Shown here: piece by piece, positions 50,760 to 62,161 of the stretch
Position numbering within the stretch: position 1 is the stretch's first letter
Layout: each line of letters opens with the position of its first letter
Assembly (NCBI GenBank): GCA_030390025.1
Contig: JASTWF010000034.1
Span: 806,001-870,000, forward strand
Source of the DNA: Squalus acanthias
Lineage: Eukaryota
DNA: 64,000 nt
Direction: 5' to 3'
Made by a program: the position numbers and the translations under genes
The notes under the pieces: generated by a model
Told to the model about the DNA's origin: nothing
Database searches by the model: none
The model's input: only the letters and a program-made list of their open reading frames with translations

Positions 50760-51910
50760 CCACAATGCCCAGGGCCAGTGACCCTTTACCCACAATGCCC
50801 AGTGTCAGTGGCCCTGTACCCACAATGCCCAGTGTCAGTGGCCCTGTACCCACAATGCCCAGTGTCAGTGACCCTGTACCCACAATGCCCAGTGTCAGTG
50901 ACCCTGTGTCCATAATGCCCGGGGTCAATAACCCTGTACCCACAATGCCCAGGGTCAGTGACCCTGTACTCACAATGCCCAGTGTCAGTGGCCCAGTGCC
51001 CACAATGTCCAGTGTCGGTGGCCCTGTACCCACAATGCCCAGTGTCAGTGGCCCTGTACCCACAATGCCCAGTGTCAGTGTCCCTGTACCCACAATGCCC
51101 GAGGTCAGTGGCCCTGTGTCCATAATGCCCAGTGTCAGTGACGGTGCACCCACAATTCCTGGGGTCAGTGACTGTACCCACAATGCCCAGGGTCTGTGAC
51201 TCTGTACCCACAATGCCAAGTGTCAGTGGCACTGTACCCACAATGCCCAGTGTCAGTGGCCCTGTACCCACAAAGCCCAGTGTCAGTGACGCTGTACCCA
51301 CAATTCCCGGGGTCAGTGACGCTGTACCCACAATGCCCAGTGTCAATGATCCTGTGCCCACAATGCCCAGTGACATTGACTCTGTACCCACAATGCCCAG
51401 TGTCAGTGATTCTGTACCCACAATGCCCGGGGTCAATGACCCTGTACCCACAATGCCCAGTGTCAGTGACCCTGTACCCACAATGCTCAGTGTCAGTGAC
51501 TCTATACCCACAATGCCCAGTGTCAGTGACTCTGTACCCACAATGCCCAGTGTCAGTGGCACTGTACCCACAATGCCCATTGTCAGTGACTCTGTACCCA
51601 CAATGCCCATTGTCAGTGACTCTGTACCCACAATGCCCAGTGTCAGTGACTCTGTACCCACAATGCCCGGGGTCAGTGGCCCTGTACCCACAATGCCCGG
51701 TGTCACTGATCCTGTACCCACAATGCCCGGGGTCAGTGGCCCTGTACCCACAATGCCCGGGGTCAGTGACTCTGTACCCACAATGCCCAGTGTCAGTGAC
51801 TCTGTACCCACAATGCCCGGGGTCAGTGGCCCTGTACCCACAATGCCCGGTGTCACTGATCCTGTGCCCACAATGCCCAGGCTCAGTGATGCAGTACCCA
51901 CAATGCTGAG
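50760..51910. repeat. 30-bp minisatellite (CACAATGCCCAGTGTCAGTGGCCCTGTACC)n in PEX5 intron
   Basis: Clear 30-bp period, ~38 units. Confidence 0.97.
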
Positions 51911-52379
51911 TGGCCCGTCCACATACCGGTCACCTGGGCGATGAACTCCATTGACCAATCGGCTTCACTGTCGGCCTGCGATGTGTCTGCCGTCTGCTCG
52001 GTGGCCAGAAACTCCTCGACCCAGGTCCCCGACATCGCCAGGTCTGACACAACAGGGGCTTGGGGTGTGAAAACAGGGCCCGAATCTGGGCAGGAAACAC
52101 CCAGGCTCCATCACCGGCCTGTGTTGATTTGCCCCTCTGCTCCCAGGGGTGATCTTACCTCGCTGCTAAGCATGTCAAAGCCTTCAGTTCTCAACCTCCT
52201 GCATCTCCGCCAGCAGGTCGTCCATCTTGAACGTGTGGGGTGCGCGGGGCAGCAGCCGGCCATTCTGATCAGTCACGAACTCCGAGACTAACTGCAAGAG
52301 AGAGAGGCGGCAATTAGACCCACACAATGATGGGTGCCCACCCCTGAAATGTCCCCTCCCGGAGTGGGTACTGAGATCC

Positions 52380-53305
52380 CCCCACACACAGAGCAGGAAA
52401 GGCCCAGGCTCCATCCCCGGCCTGTGCTGAGTTAGCCTGATCTCACCCGGTGAGGGACTGTGACCCCCACACACAGAGCAGGAAAGGCCCAGGCTCCATC
52501 CCCGGCCTGTGCTGAGTTAGCCTGATCTCCCCCTGTGAGGGACTGTGACGCCCACACACAGAGCATGAAAGGCCCAGGCTCGATCCCTGGCCTGTGCTGA
52601 GTTAGCCTGATCTCCCCCTGTGAGGGACTGTGACCCCCACACACAGAGCAGGAAAGGCCCAGGCTCCATCCCCGGCCTGTGCTGAGTTAGCCAGATTATC
52701 GCGCGGTGAGGGACTGTGACCCACACACACAGCAGGAAAGGCCCAGGCTCCATCCCCGGCCTGTGCTGAGTTAGCCTGATCTCCCCCGGTGAGAGACTGT
52801 GACGCCCACACACAGAGCAGGAAAGGCCCAGGCTCCATCCCCGGCCTGTGCTGAGTTAGCCTGATCTCCTCCGGTGAGGGACTGTGACCCCCACACACAG
52901 AGCAGGAAAGGCCCAGGCTCCATCCCCGGCCTGTGCTGAGTTAGCCTGATTCTCGCCCGGTGAGGGACTGTGACCCACACACACAGAGCAGGAAAGGCCC
53001 AGGCTCCATCCCCGGCCTGTGCTGAGTTAGCCTGATTCTCGCCCGGTGAGGGTCTGTGACCCCCACACACAGAGCAGGAAAGGCCCAGGCTCCATCCCCG
53101 GCCTGTGCTGAGTTAGCCTGATTCTCGCCCGGTGAGGGACTGTGACCCACACACACAGAGCAGGAAAGGCCCAGGCTCCATCCCCGGCCTGTGCTGAGTT
53201 AGCCTGATTCTCGCCCGGTGAGGGTCTGTGACCCCCACACACAGAGCAGGAAAGGCCCAAGCTCCATCCCCGGCCTGTGCTGAGTTAGCCTGATCTCCCC
53301 CGGTG
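52380..53305. repeat. 85-86 bp minisatellite (~11 units) in PEX5 intron
   Basis: gagcaggaaaggcccaggctccatccccggcctgtgctgagttagcctgat recurs every 84-86 bp. Confidence 0.97.
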
Positions 53306-53554
53306 AATGAAGCCTGGATTACAGGCTGACACAATAACCATCTTTGTCCTCTCAGGCAGATCCCAGTGGCTTGGAGACCTGGAATATGGCATGGACTGGT
53401 TGGGCCGAATGGCCTGTTATCGTCAAAGAGACATTTTATAATTCTGAGGGAGAGGGATTGAGAGAGAGAGGCATAGGAGGCCTAAATATTATAGTTATAG
53501 TCATAGATTTGCCTTACTGATTGATATTATTTATTATCTATTTCTAATAGCTCT

Positions 53555-54595
53555 TTAATGGGCATATAATTGGCAAATGAAATTTAACACAGATAAATCT
53601 GAGGTGTTACATTTTGGTAAGAAATGTAGAGAGGTCACATATTACTTGGAAAATAAGAATCTAAATGGGGTAGAGCAGCAAAGGAATCTCGGAGTACAAA
53701 TACGCAAATCACTGAAAGTAGCGACAGAGGTTAATAAGGCCATAAAAAGCAAACCAATCAGTCGGGTTTATATCTGGAAAGGTAGAATTGAAAAGTAGTG
53801 AATTTATGCTAAACTTGTATCGAACCTTGTTTAGACCACACTTGGAAAACTGTGTACAGTTCTGGTCGCTGTATTCTAAAAAGGATAGAGGCACTGGAGA
53901 GGGTGCAGAGAAGATTTACATGGATAATACCAGAAAAGCTAGGGTGACTTAGAAGTATATCGCCGATCCTTCATCATCGCTGGGTTAAAATCCTGGAACT
54001 CCCTACCTAACAGCACTGTGGGAGTACCATCACCACACGGACTGCAGCGGTTCAAGAAGGCGGCTCACCACCACCTTCTCAAGGGCAACTCGGAATGGGC
54101 AATAAATGCTGGCCTTGCCAGCGGCGCCCAGATCCCTTAAACGAATAAAACAAAATACATATCAGGAACGGATGAAAACGTTGGGTCTCCTTTCTCTTGA
54201 AGGCTGAGGGTTGACCTGATAAAGCTCTTTAAAATGAGGAAAGGTTTTGATGGGGTGGATACAGAGAGAATGTTTCCACTTGTGGGGAACAGCAAAATTA
54301 GAGGCCATCAATATAAGGTAGTCACCAAGAAATCAAATAGGGAATTCAGAAGAAACCTCTTTACCCAGAGAGTGGTGAGAATGTGGAACTCGCTACCACA
54401 GGGAGTGGTTGAAGCGAGTAGTATCGATGCATTTAAGGGGCAGTTAGATAAGCATATGTGGGAGAAGGGAATAGAGGGTTACGCTGATAGAATTAGATGA
54501 GGTAAGACGGGAGGAGGCTCGAGTGGAGCACAAACGCTGGCATGGACTGGTTGGGTCGAATGGCCTGGTTCTGTGCTGTGTACCCCATGTAATCC
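53555..54595 (+). mobile_element. Degenerate CR1-type LINE 3' part with nested LINE tail (~53952-54155)
   Basis: MKFNTDKSEVLHFG… and …FRRNLFTQRVVRMWNSLP; inserted segment ends aataaaacaaaa. Confidence 0.9.
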
Positions 54596-54599
54596 CCTG

Positions 54600-57500
54600 T
54601 TACAGAGTAAAGCTCTCATCAAATACCTCCAGGGCAGGTACAGTGGGTTAGATACAAAGTTCAGCTCCCTCTGCGCTGCCCCACGAAACACTCCCAGGGC
54701 AGGTACTGCACGGGTTAGATACAGAGTAAAGCTCCCTCTACACTGCCCCACCAAACACTCCCAGGGCAGTACAGCACGGGTTAGTTACAAAGTAAAGCGC
54801 CCTCTGCACTGCCCCACCAAACACTCCCAGGGCATGTACAGCACTGGTTAGATACAGGGTAAAGCTCCCTCTACACTGCCCCACCAAACAGTCCCAGGGC
54901 AGGGACAGTGGGTTAGATAAAGAGTAAATCTCCCTCTACACTGACCCATCAAACAGTCCCAGGGCAGGTACAGCACGGGTTAGATACAGAGTAAAGCTCC
55001 CTCTACACTATCCCATCAAACACTCCCAGGGCAGGTACAGCACGGGTTAGATACAGAGTAAAGCTCCCTCTACACTATCCCATCAAACATTCCCAGGACA
55101 GGTACAGTGGGTTAGATACAAAGTAAAGCTCCCTCTACACTGTCCCATCAAATACTCCCAGGACAGGTACAGTGGGTTAGATACAGAGTAAAGCTCCCTC
55201 TACACTGCCCCATCAAACACTCCCAGGACAGGTATAGTGGGTTAGATACAAAAGAAAGCTCCCTCTACACTATCCCATCAAACATTCCCAGGACAGGTAC
55301 AGTGGGTTAGATACAAAAGAAAGCTCCCTCTACACTGTCCACCAAACACTCCCAGGGCAGGTACAGCACGGGTTAGATACAAAGTAAAGCTCCCTCTACA
55401 CTATCCCATCAAACATTCCCAGGACAGGTACAGTGGGTTAGATACAAAAGAAAGCTCCCTCTACACTGTCCCATCAAACACTCCCAGGGCAGGTAGTGCA
55501 CGGGTTAGATACAGAGTAAAGCTCCCTCTACACTGCCCACCAAACACTCCCAGGGCAGGTACAGCACGGGTTAGATACAGCGTAAAGCTCCCTCTACACT
55601 GTCCCATCAAACACACCCAGGGCAGGTGCAGCATGGGTTAGATACAAAGTAAAGCTCCCTCTGCACTGCCCACCAAACACTACCAGAGCAGGTACAGCAC
55701 GGGTTAGATACAAAGTAAAGCTCCCTCTACACTGCCCACCAAACACTCCCAGGGCAGGTACAGCACACGTTAGATACAAAGTAAAGCTCCCTCTACACTG
55801 CCCACCAAACAGTCCCAGGGCAGGTACACCACGGGTTAGATACAAAGTAAAGCTCCCTCGACACTGTCTCACCAAACAATCCCAAGGCAGGTACAGCACG
55901 GGTTAGATACAAAGTAAACTCCGTCTACACTGCCCCACCAAACATTCCCTGGGCAGTTACAGCACGGGTTAGATACAGAGTAAAGCTCACTCTGCACTGC
56001 CCCACCAGACATTCCCAGGGCAGGTACAGCACGGGTTAGATACAGAGTAAAGCTCCCTCTAAACTGTCCCATCAAACACTCCCAGGGCAGGTGCAGCACG
56101 GGTTAGATACAGAGTAAAGCTCCCTCTACACTGTCCCATCAAAGACTCCCAGGGCAGGTACAGCACGGGTTAGTTACAAAGTAAAGCTCCCTCTACACTG
56201 CCCCACCATACATTCCCAGGGCAGGTACAGCACGGGTTAGTTACAAAGTAAAGCTCCCTCTACACTGTCCCATCAAACATTCCCGGGGCAGGTAGTGCAC
56301 GGGTTAGATACAGAGTAAAGCTCCCTCTACACTGCCCACCAAACACTCCCAGGGCAGGTACACCACGGGTGAGATACAGCGTAAAGCTCCCTCTACACTA
56401 TCCCATCAAACACACCCAGGGCAGGTACAGCACGGGTTAGATACAAAGTAAAGCTCCCTCTACACTGCCCACCAAACACTACCAGAGCAGGTACAGCACG
56501 GGTTAGATACAAAGGCCCAGAAATTGATCTCGCTCTGTTCCCGCGGGGGTAAGCCTTCCCCGCGTACTCTCACTCCGCTTGTGCTTTTTCAGTTCCAGCT
56601 CGCACGAACTTCATGTTCCAGACATCAGCCGGGCAGTGCTTGCGTATCCCATCGGCGTAGTGAATTCGTGCGAGCTGTGGGATCACGTGACTCAGTTAGA
56701 GCCAATGGCAGCACACCATCTTCCATTCATAAGTTTCACTTAGGTGCTGTGAAATCTATGAATCTTACACCCCCCCAAAATAACAGCTAAACCTCAATTA
56801 AATTTAAAAAAAAACCATCACATTAATAAAATAAGTATAGTTAAATAAATTATCCATTTTAAATAAAAAATTAAATTTTTGAAAATATTTAAAATCTTTT
56901 AAAAAGTTATAAAAATAAACTTACCTGTCTCTAAAGTCTCTAAAAAAGATATACCTGTTAAAAAAAATACTTAATTCACTACTTACCTTGTTAAAAGTGG
57001 GTCTTACTCCTACTTTTTCCATTTCTAAAATCTTCAGTACTTACCTGCGCGTCCAAAGCATGAAGTGCACAGCGTGCGCGCAGCCTGTAGCGCGCACGCG
57101 ATGCACCGAGGAACCGCCCCCTTTTCAAAAGAGCAATTGCCGGTTTTCAGCGCATGCGCAGGGCATGCAGCAAACCGGCAATTGCAGAGGGAATACGCGA
57201 GAGTACGCAGTGCGTACTCTCGCGCACCGGGATGAATTTTTGGCCCAAAGTAAAGCTCCCTCTACACTGCCCACCAAACACTCCCAGGGCAGGTACAGCA
57301 CGGGTTAGATACAAAGTAAAGCTCCCTCTACACTGCCCACCAAACACTCCCAGGGCAGGTACACCACGGGTTAGATACAAAGTAAAGCTCCCTCTACACT
57401 GTCCCATCAAACAGTCCCAGGGCAGGTACACCACGGGTTAGATACAAAGTAAAGCTCCCTCTACACTGTCTCACCAAACAATCCCAAGGCAGGTACAGCA

Positions 57501-57990
57501 CGGGTTAGATACAAAATAAACTCCGTCTACACTGCCCCACCAAACATTCCCAGGGCAGTTACAGCACGGGTTAGATACAGAGTAAAGCTCACTCTGCACT
57601 GCCCCACCAGACATTCCCAGGGCAGGTACAGCACGGGTTAGATACAGAGTAAAGCTCCCTCTAAACTGTCCCATCAAACACTCCCAGGGCAGGTGCAGCA
57701 CGGGTTAAATACAGAGTAAAGCTCCCTCTACACTGTCCCATCAAAGACACCCAGGGCAGGTACAGCACGGGTTAGAGACAGAGTAAAGTTACCTCCAATT
57801 TGGTTCATCAACACAACCAACTCTGATACATCATGTGTTCAATGCAGCTTACAGCTCCCTTGACACTACCCAATGAAGCACAACCAGCTCGGGTACAGCA
57901 TGGGGTCAATACAGAATAAAGATCTCACTACATGTAAGTGTCAAACACTCCCGGGTGAGGTACGGGCAAGGTTTATCTGCGAGTAAAGCT
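54600..57990. repeat. Second array of the ~67-bp satellite
   Basis: Same unit as 42560-46255; degenerates after ~57790. Confidence 0.95.
56514..57246. mobile_element. Non-autonomous DNA transposon (MITE), PIF/Harbinger-like, 733 bp
   Basis: Imperfect TIRs GGCCCAGAAATTGATC / GATGAATTTTTGGCCC (13/16); 3-bp duplication AAA splits a satellite unit; AT-rich centre. Confidence 0.75.
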
Positions 57991-58532
57991 CCGCTCAACT
58001 TGCCACATCAAAGGCCGAGCCTGATGGCAGATGTTGAACAGCTCCCAGTATCTGGTTAGACTCTCACCTCAGCAAAATCCTGGACTGATGGGATTCTCAG
58101 TAAAGTTCCTCACCTTTCCAATCATTGTTGAAGCTTCCCGTTTTATCCCGTCTCCGACACTGGGGGTCTCGATCCCACCAGATCTGCTCTGTGAAACCAG
58201 CGACATTTCTCCAGTCCCAGTGAGTGTGGCGATGATTCGACTTCTCTCTCTCCACCTTCCTGAGATATTGCTCACTCCCAGAGACTGTCAACAGTAAAAT
58301 GATTCATTTTAATCCCAGCTCCAGTACCTGGAATACAGTGGGGCTGTTTTTGTGACTGGGATTGTATCTAATTTCATCATATTTGTAATTAATATGTATT
58401 TGAATTACTTACTTTAATATTAAATTGTTCTATTCTGTCCTTTGCCCTGTTTATTGGGACTAAACTCACTGCCAGTGTCAGCTGTCACTCCAGCTCCTCC
58501 CACACTGACATCCCACTGATGGGCCGTAACCA

Positions 58533-58585
58533 GGGGCGGGGCCCTGTTTCCAAGTGACATCACACAGGAGCAGGGAGCCAATCAG
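58533..58585. promoter_or_regulatory. Promoter-like motif cluster (GC box, TGACATCA, CCAAT)
   Basis: GGGGCGGGG 58533-58541, TGACATCA 58555-58562, CCAAT 58578-58582. Confidence 0.35.
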
Positions 58586-58648
58586 TCAAAGAGCAGCCTG
58601 GAAAAATGTTAAAGCGGCCAAGCCCCTCCCAATCCCCCCGGGGCAGGT

Positions 58649-59964
58649 ACATAACGAACATACGGATTAGGAGCAGGAGTCGGCCATTCGGCCCCTCAAG
58701 TCTGTTCCGCCATTCAATAAGATCATGGCTGATCTGATTACTCCACATTCCCGTCCAACCCCCGATAACCTTTCACCCCCTTGCTTATCAAGAATCTATC
58801 AACGTCCGCCTTAAAATTTCAAAGACTCTGCTTCCACCGCCCTCTGAGGAAGAGAGTTCCAAAGACTCACGACCCTCTGAGAAAAAACATTCTCCTCATC
58901 TCTGTCTAAAATGGGCGCTCCATTATTTTTAAACAGTGACCCCTAGTTCGTGATTCTCTCACAAGAGGAAACATCCTCTCCGCATCCACCCTGTCAAGAC
59001 CCCTCAGGATCTTTTTGGTTTCAATCAAGTCACCTCTGACTCTTCTAAACTCCACTGGATACAAGCCTAGCCTGCCCAACCTTTCCTCATAAGACAACCC
59101 GCCCATTCCAGGTATTAGTCTAGTAAACCTTCTCTGAACTGCTTCCAACGCATTTACATCCTTCCTTAAATAAGGAGACCAATACTGTACTCAGTACTCC
59201 AGATGTGGTCTCACCAATGCCCTCTATAACTGAAGCATAAACTCCCTACTTTTATATTCAATTCCCCTCGCAATAAACGTTAACATTCGATTAGCTGTCC
59301 TAATTACTTGCTGTACCTGCATACTAACCTTTTGCAATTCATGCACTAGGACACCCAGAACCCTCTGCATCTCAAACCATTTAGATAATATGCTTATTTA
59401 TTATTTTTCCTGCCACAATTGCACATTTTCACACATTATACTCTGTTTGCCAGATCTTTGCCCACTCACTTAATCTATTTATGTACCTTTGTAGCCTCCA
59501 TATGTCCTCTTCACAATTTACTTTCCTACCTATCTTTGTGTCATCAGCAAATTTAGCAACCATACCTTCGGTCCCTTCATCCAAGTCATTTATATAAATT
59601 GTAAAAAGTTGAGGCCCCAGCATTATCCCTGTGGCACACTACACATTACATTTGCTAAGCAGAAAATGACCTATTTATGCCTACACTCTGTTTCCGGTTA
59701 GCTAGCCAATCTTCTATCCATGCCAATATGTTACCCCCTACACCATGAGCTTTTATTTTTCGAAATAACCTCTGATGTGGCACCTTATCAAATGCCTTCT
59801 GGAAATCTAAGTACAGTACATCCATCGGTTCCCCTTTATCCACAGCACATGTTACTTCCTCAAAGAACTCCAATAAATTGGTTAAACATGATTTCCCTTT
59901 CACAAAACCATGCTGACTCTGCCTGATTACCTTGAACTTTTACAAGTGCCCTGCTATAATGTCT
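58649..59964 (-). mobile_element. CR1-type LINE ORF2 3' part, interrupted by the ERV
   Basis: KSCLTNLLEFFEEV…DFQKAFDKVPH, LGPQLFTIYINDL…KFADDTKIG; stops and frameshifts. Confidence 0.95.
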
Positions 59965-60474
59965 TGTTGTAGGGGCTAATCGGAGCCTTAAGCGGACTAA
60001 CCGTGAAGGAGAGTCGACGCGCTACCCGACTTAGCCCGACTGAGCAATAAAACTCAAACACCAATTTACACGGTTAAATGCGGGAGTACACTTTATTCAG
60101 AGCGCTCTGGGAGAGAATTGATGCACCCACGTGCAGTCACCGACCTCTCAAATAAGTCACTCTGGGGCACAGTATTTTATACATCCATCATTGATTACAT
60201 CGTGCTCACATGAGCATGTGATAGTCATTAGAATCCAATCAATTTTATGTATACAATTGTTAAGCATAGTAAATCAATTAACGTCAGGATACAGTTGATG
60301 TGATCAGCCTCGTCTATGTGACAGTGTTATCTCGAGCCCTGTATGTTGCAACGTTGTCTGACAAGGCAGACTGCCAATCCATTGCAGAAAAGTCCTGTGT
60401 CAGCGAATTTAAAGTTCATTAACTGGATGAGTTTTTCTTCTCCGACATTTCTTTAATAATTTTCTCCTCCAACA
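59965..60474 (-). repeat. 3' LTR (510 bp)
   Basis: TGTTG…CAACA termini with 11-bp imperfect inverted repeat; TATAAAA 60175-60181 and AATAAA 60092-60097 on minus strand; preceded by purine tract AGAAGGGAG (60475-60483). Confidence 0.85.
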
Positions 60475-60552
60475 CTCCCTTCTGTTGGTCCGGGGGCACG
60501 ACCTTCTTGCCCCCAGGAAACCACTGCTCCGTGCCTCTTCACGGGGTCGACG

Positions 60553-61962
60553 CTACAGCCACTGGCTCATCTCTTGAGGGCTGGCTACCCCGGCGACGGT
60601 GTCATGCGTTTCCTCCATGGGCTGGAGATCGGTGTATCCTTCCTTTTCTTCGTCTTTGAGCAACGGCTCCTCTTCCCGTACGGCGCTGACTGACATTAGC
60701 TGGGTTGTGGCAATCTTACAACATGTCTTTAACAAGGTTATCAAGCAACATACAGCGACACATATCATCACTATCACAACCATTACGTGCATAATCCAGG
60801 GGCCCCATTCTGTTAGCCCCAACCATTCTAGCCATGACTGTGTCGGTTCCCGGTGTAATTTCTTAATCTCTTCCTTCATGTGATTTACCAAGTTGGTGAT
60901 GTTTTCCGAACTATCAGGGATGTAAGTACAACACTCTTGCCCGATCACCGCGCAAGTGCCTCCTTCCTTTGCAAGCAGGTAGTCCAGTGCCATCCTGTTT
61001 TGCATGGCCACTGTCCTGAGGGCTACCATTTCTGCGCTTATTTCTGCAAGGGCTTCTGTGGTGTCGTTGGCTACCTTCTCGAGAATTTGGGCATTGTTAA
61101 TGATTTCCCGTGCTAATTTACCCACCCCCCAGTGGGGGAAGGCGACGGCGAAGAATCGCTCAGTCTCCGTAATTCCTCGCCTGGTTCGATAACAATGGTG
61201 CTCCGTGAGGGATTTGAGATGGTATACATAAGGCATAACGTATCCCAGGTAACATGACCCGGTCCAATCTCTGGGCAGCCATGGGTACGCCTTGTGCCCG
61301 CATATAAAATATGTTCCATTGTAGGCCGTCATATCCATGTTTGCCCGAAAGATAGTGAAACCCATCTGACTATCTGTGGCCCGTCGGGTCCCATTCCACG
61401 GTTGGTTACTCGTTAAGTTTAGCAGACCAGTGGTATTAAACCACCAGCTTTCAAATGCCGTGTTCCCCTCCTCATATGTCACAAAGGTTTGGGTGCAATT
61501 ACTATTTCCTGCCTCTAGGTTCACCTTCACCCCTCTACTTACACTCCTTGTCCAACATATTTCCCCGACGGGTCTTCCGACCCCGGTTGTGTTTGTTAGG
61601 GCGAAGAAGGGTGGATCTTTACTAGAGTTGTACTTGGGTTTGTAACATCCCTTAAATTGTTCCAATGGGTACCCTCCACCTCGGAACTCCTCCCTCGTGA
61701 TGTCATGATAGCTGTTCTGGTCATTAAGCGCAAATTCTGCTAGTTCCGTGAGATTCAGGGGTATGGGCCGCAGTGGTATCCCACCCTTACTGTGGATCGG
61801 AATATGACTACACACCCAACAGCTACTTTGCCCTGTCTCCTTTACGTATTCATACGACATATATACAAAGGTATTCACCTGGAGCTCTCTTCGCTTACGG
61901 GAGCCCCTTTCCATTCCCGAAACAATGCATGTTAACGCTATTAAACACAGTGGTATCCCCAT
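60553..61962 (-). CDS. env: Retroviral envelope glycoprotein, gamma-type, 469 aa, uninterrupted
   Basis: ATG in AAAATGG context; signal peptide; CWVC; furin site RTRR; fusion peptide; QNRMALDYLLAKEGG immunosuppressive domain; CX6CC; TM helix; YTDL tail motif. Confidence 0.95.
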   Translation of the reverse strand: MGIPLCLIALTCIVSGMERGSRKRRELQVNTFVYMSYEYVKETGQSSCWVCSHIPIHSKGGIPLRPIPLNLTELAEFALNDQNSYHDITREEFRGGGYPLEQFKGCYKPKYNSSKDPPFFALTNTTGVGRPVGEICWTRSVSRGVKVNLEAGNSNCTQTFVTYEEGNTAFESWWFNTTGLLNLTSNQPWNGTRRATDSQMGFTIFRANMDMTAYNGTYFICGHKAYPWLPRDWTGSCYLGYVMPYVYHLKSLTEHHCYRTRRGITETERFFAVAFPHWGVGKLAREIINNAQILEKVANDTTEALAEISAEMVALRTVAMQNRMALDYLLAKEGGTCAVIGQECCTYIPDSSENITNLVNHMKEEIKKLHREPTQSWLEWLGLTEWGPWIMHVMVVIVMICVAVCCLITLLKTCCKIATTQLMSVSAVREEEPLLKDEEKEGYTDLQPMEETHDTVAGVASPQEMSQWL

Positions 61963-61988
61963 TTTTACTTGGAAGCAGGCACTGTCTA

Positions 61989-62129
61989 TCACCGCGTCGT
62001 TGCCGCTTCTGGTAGCACTCTTGTATTAACATACAAACATAAAAACACAGTAGTTAGTACACCAAATGCAATAAGCCAAAGCACGAATGCAAACAGGTAA
62101 GGTAATTGGACATTTACGGGTCGCTTGAT
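61989..62129 (-). other. Small open frame encoding one TM helix, downstream of a strong splice acceptor
   Basis: CTAAT branch site (62161-62165), pyrimidine tract, CTACAG acceptor; reads IKRPVNVQLPYLFAFVLWLIAFGVLTTVFLCLYVNTRVLPEAATTR*. Confidence 0.45.
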
Positions 62130-62161
62130 CTGTAGGTAAAAGAAACACAAAGAAGCGCCCA

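Larger units (their letters stand above)
50570..53378 (-). pseudogene. PEX5: Unprocessed PEX5 (peroxisomal PTS1 receptor) pseudogene fragment, exons 53378-53343, 52291-52159, 52058-51927, 50676-~50570
   Basis: Exons translate VSKPLGSA*EDK / [41 protein letters not shown] / APVVSDLAMSGTWVEEFL…DWSMEFIAQVT / PAKWTLEYLEQTAEELWLG, matching the recalled PEX5 N-terminus with WxxxF/Y motifs; AG acceptors present; four stops, frameshifts, two GT>GA donors. Confidence 0.88.

Noticed and set aside
50713..51958. Mucin-like ORFs (PTMPSVSGPV)n
   Set aside because: Translation of a 30-bp intronic minisatellite, open in several frames on both strands
42560..57990. CRISPR-like ~67-bp periodicity
   Set aside because: No unique spacers (the whole unit repeats), no cas genes, eukaryotic context
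60553..61962. env as a domesticated syncytin-like host gene
   Set aside because: It remains in a provirus with open pol and a clean LTR, which fits recent insertion better; needs orthology data
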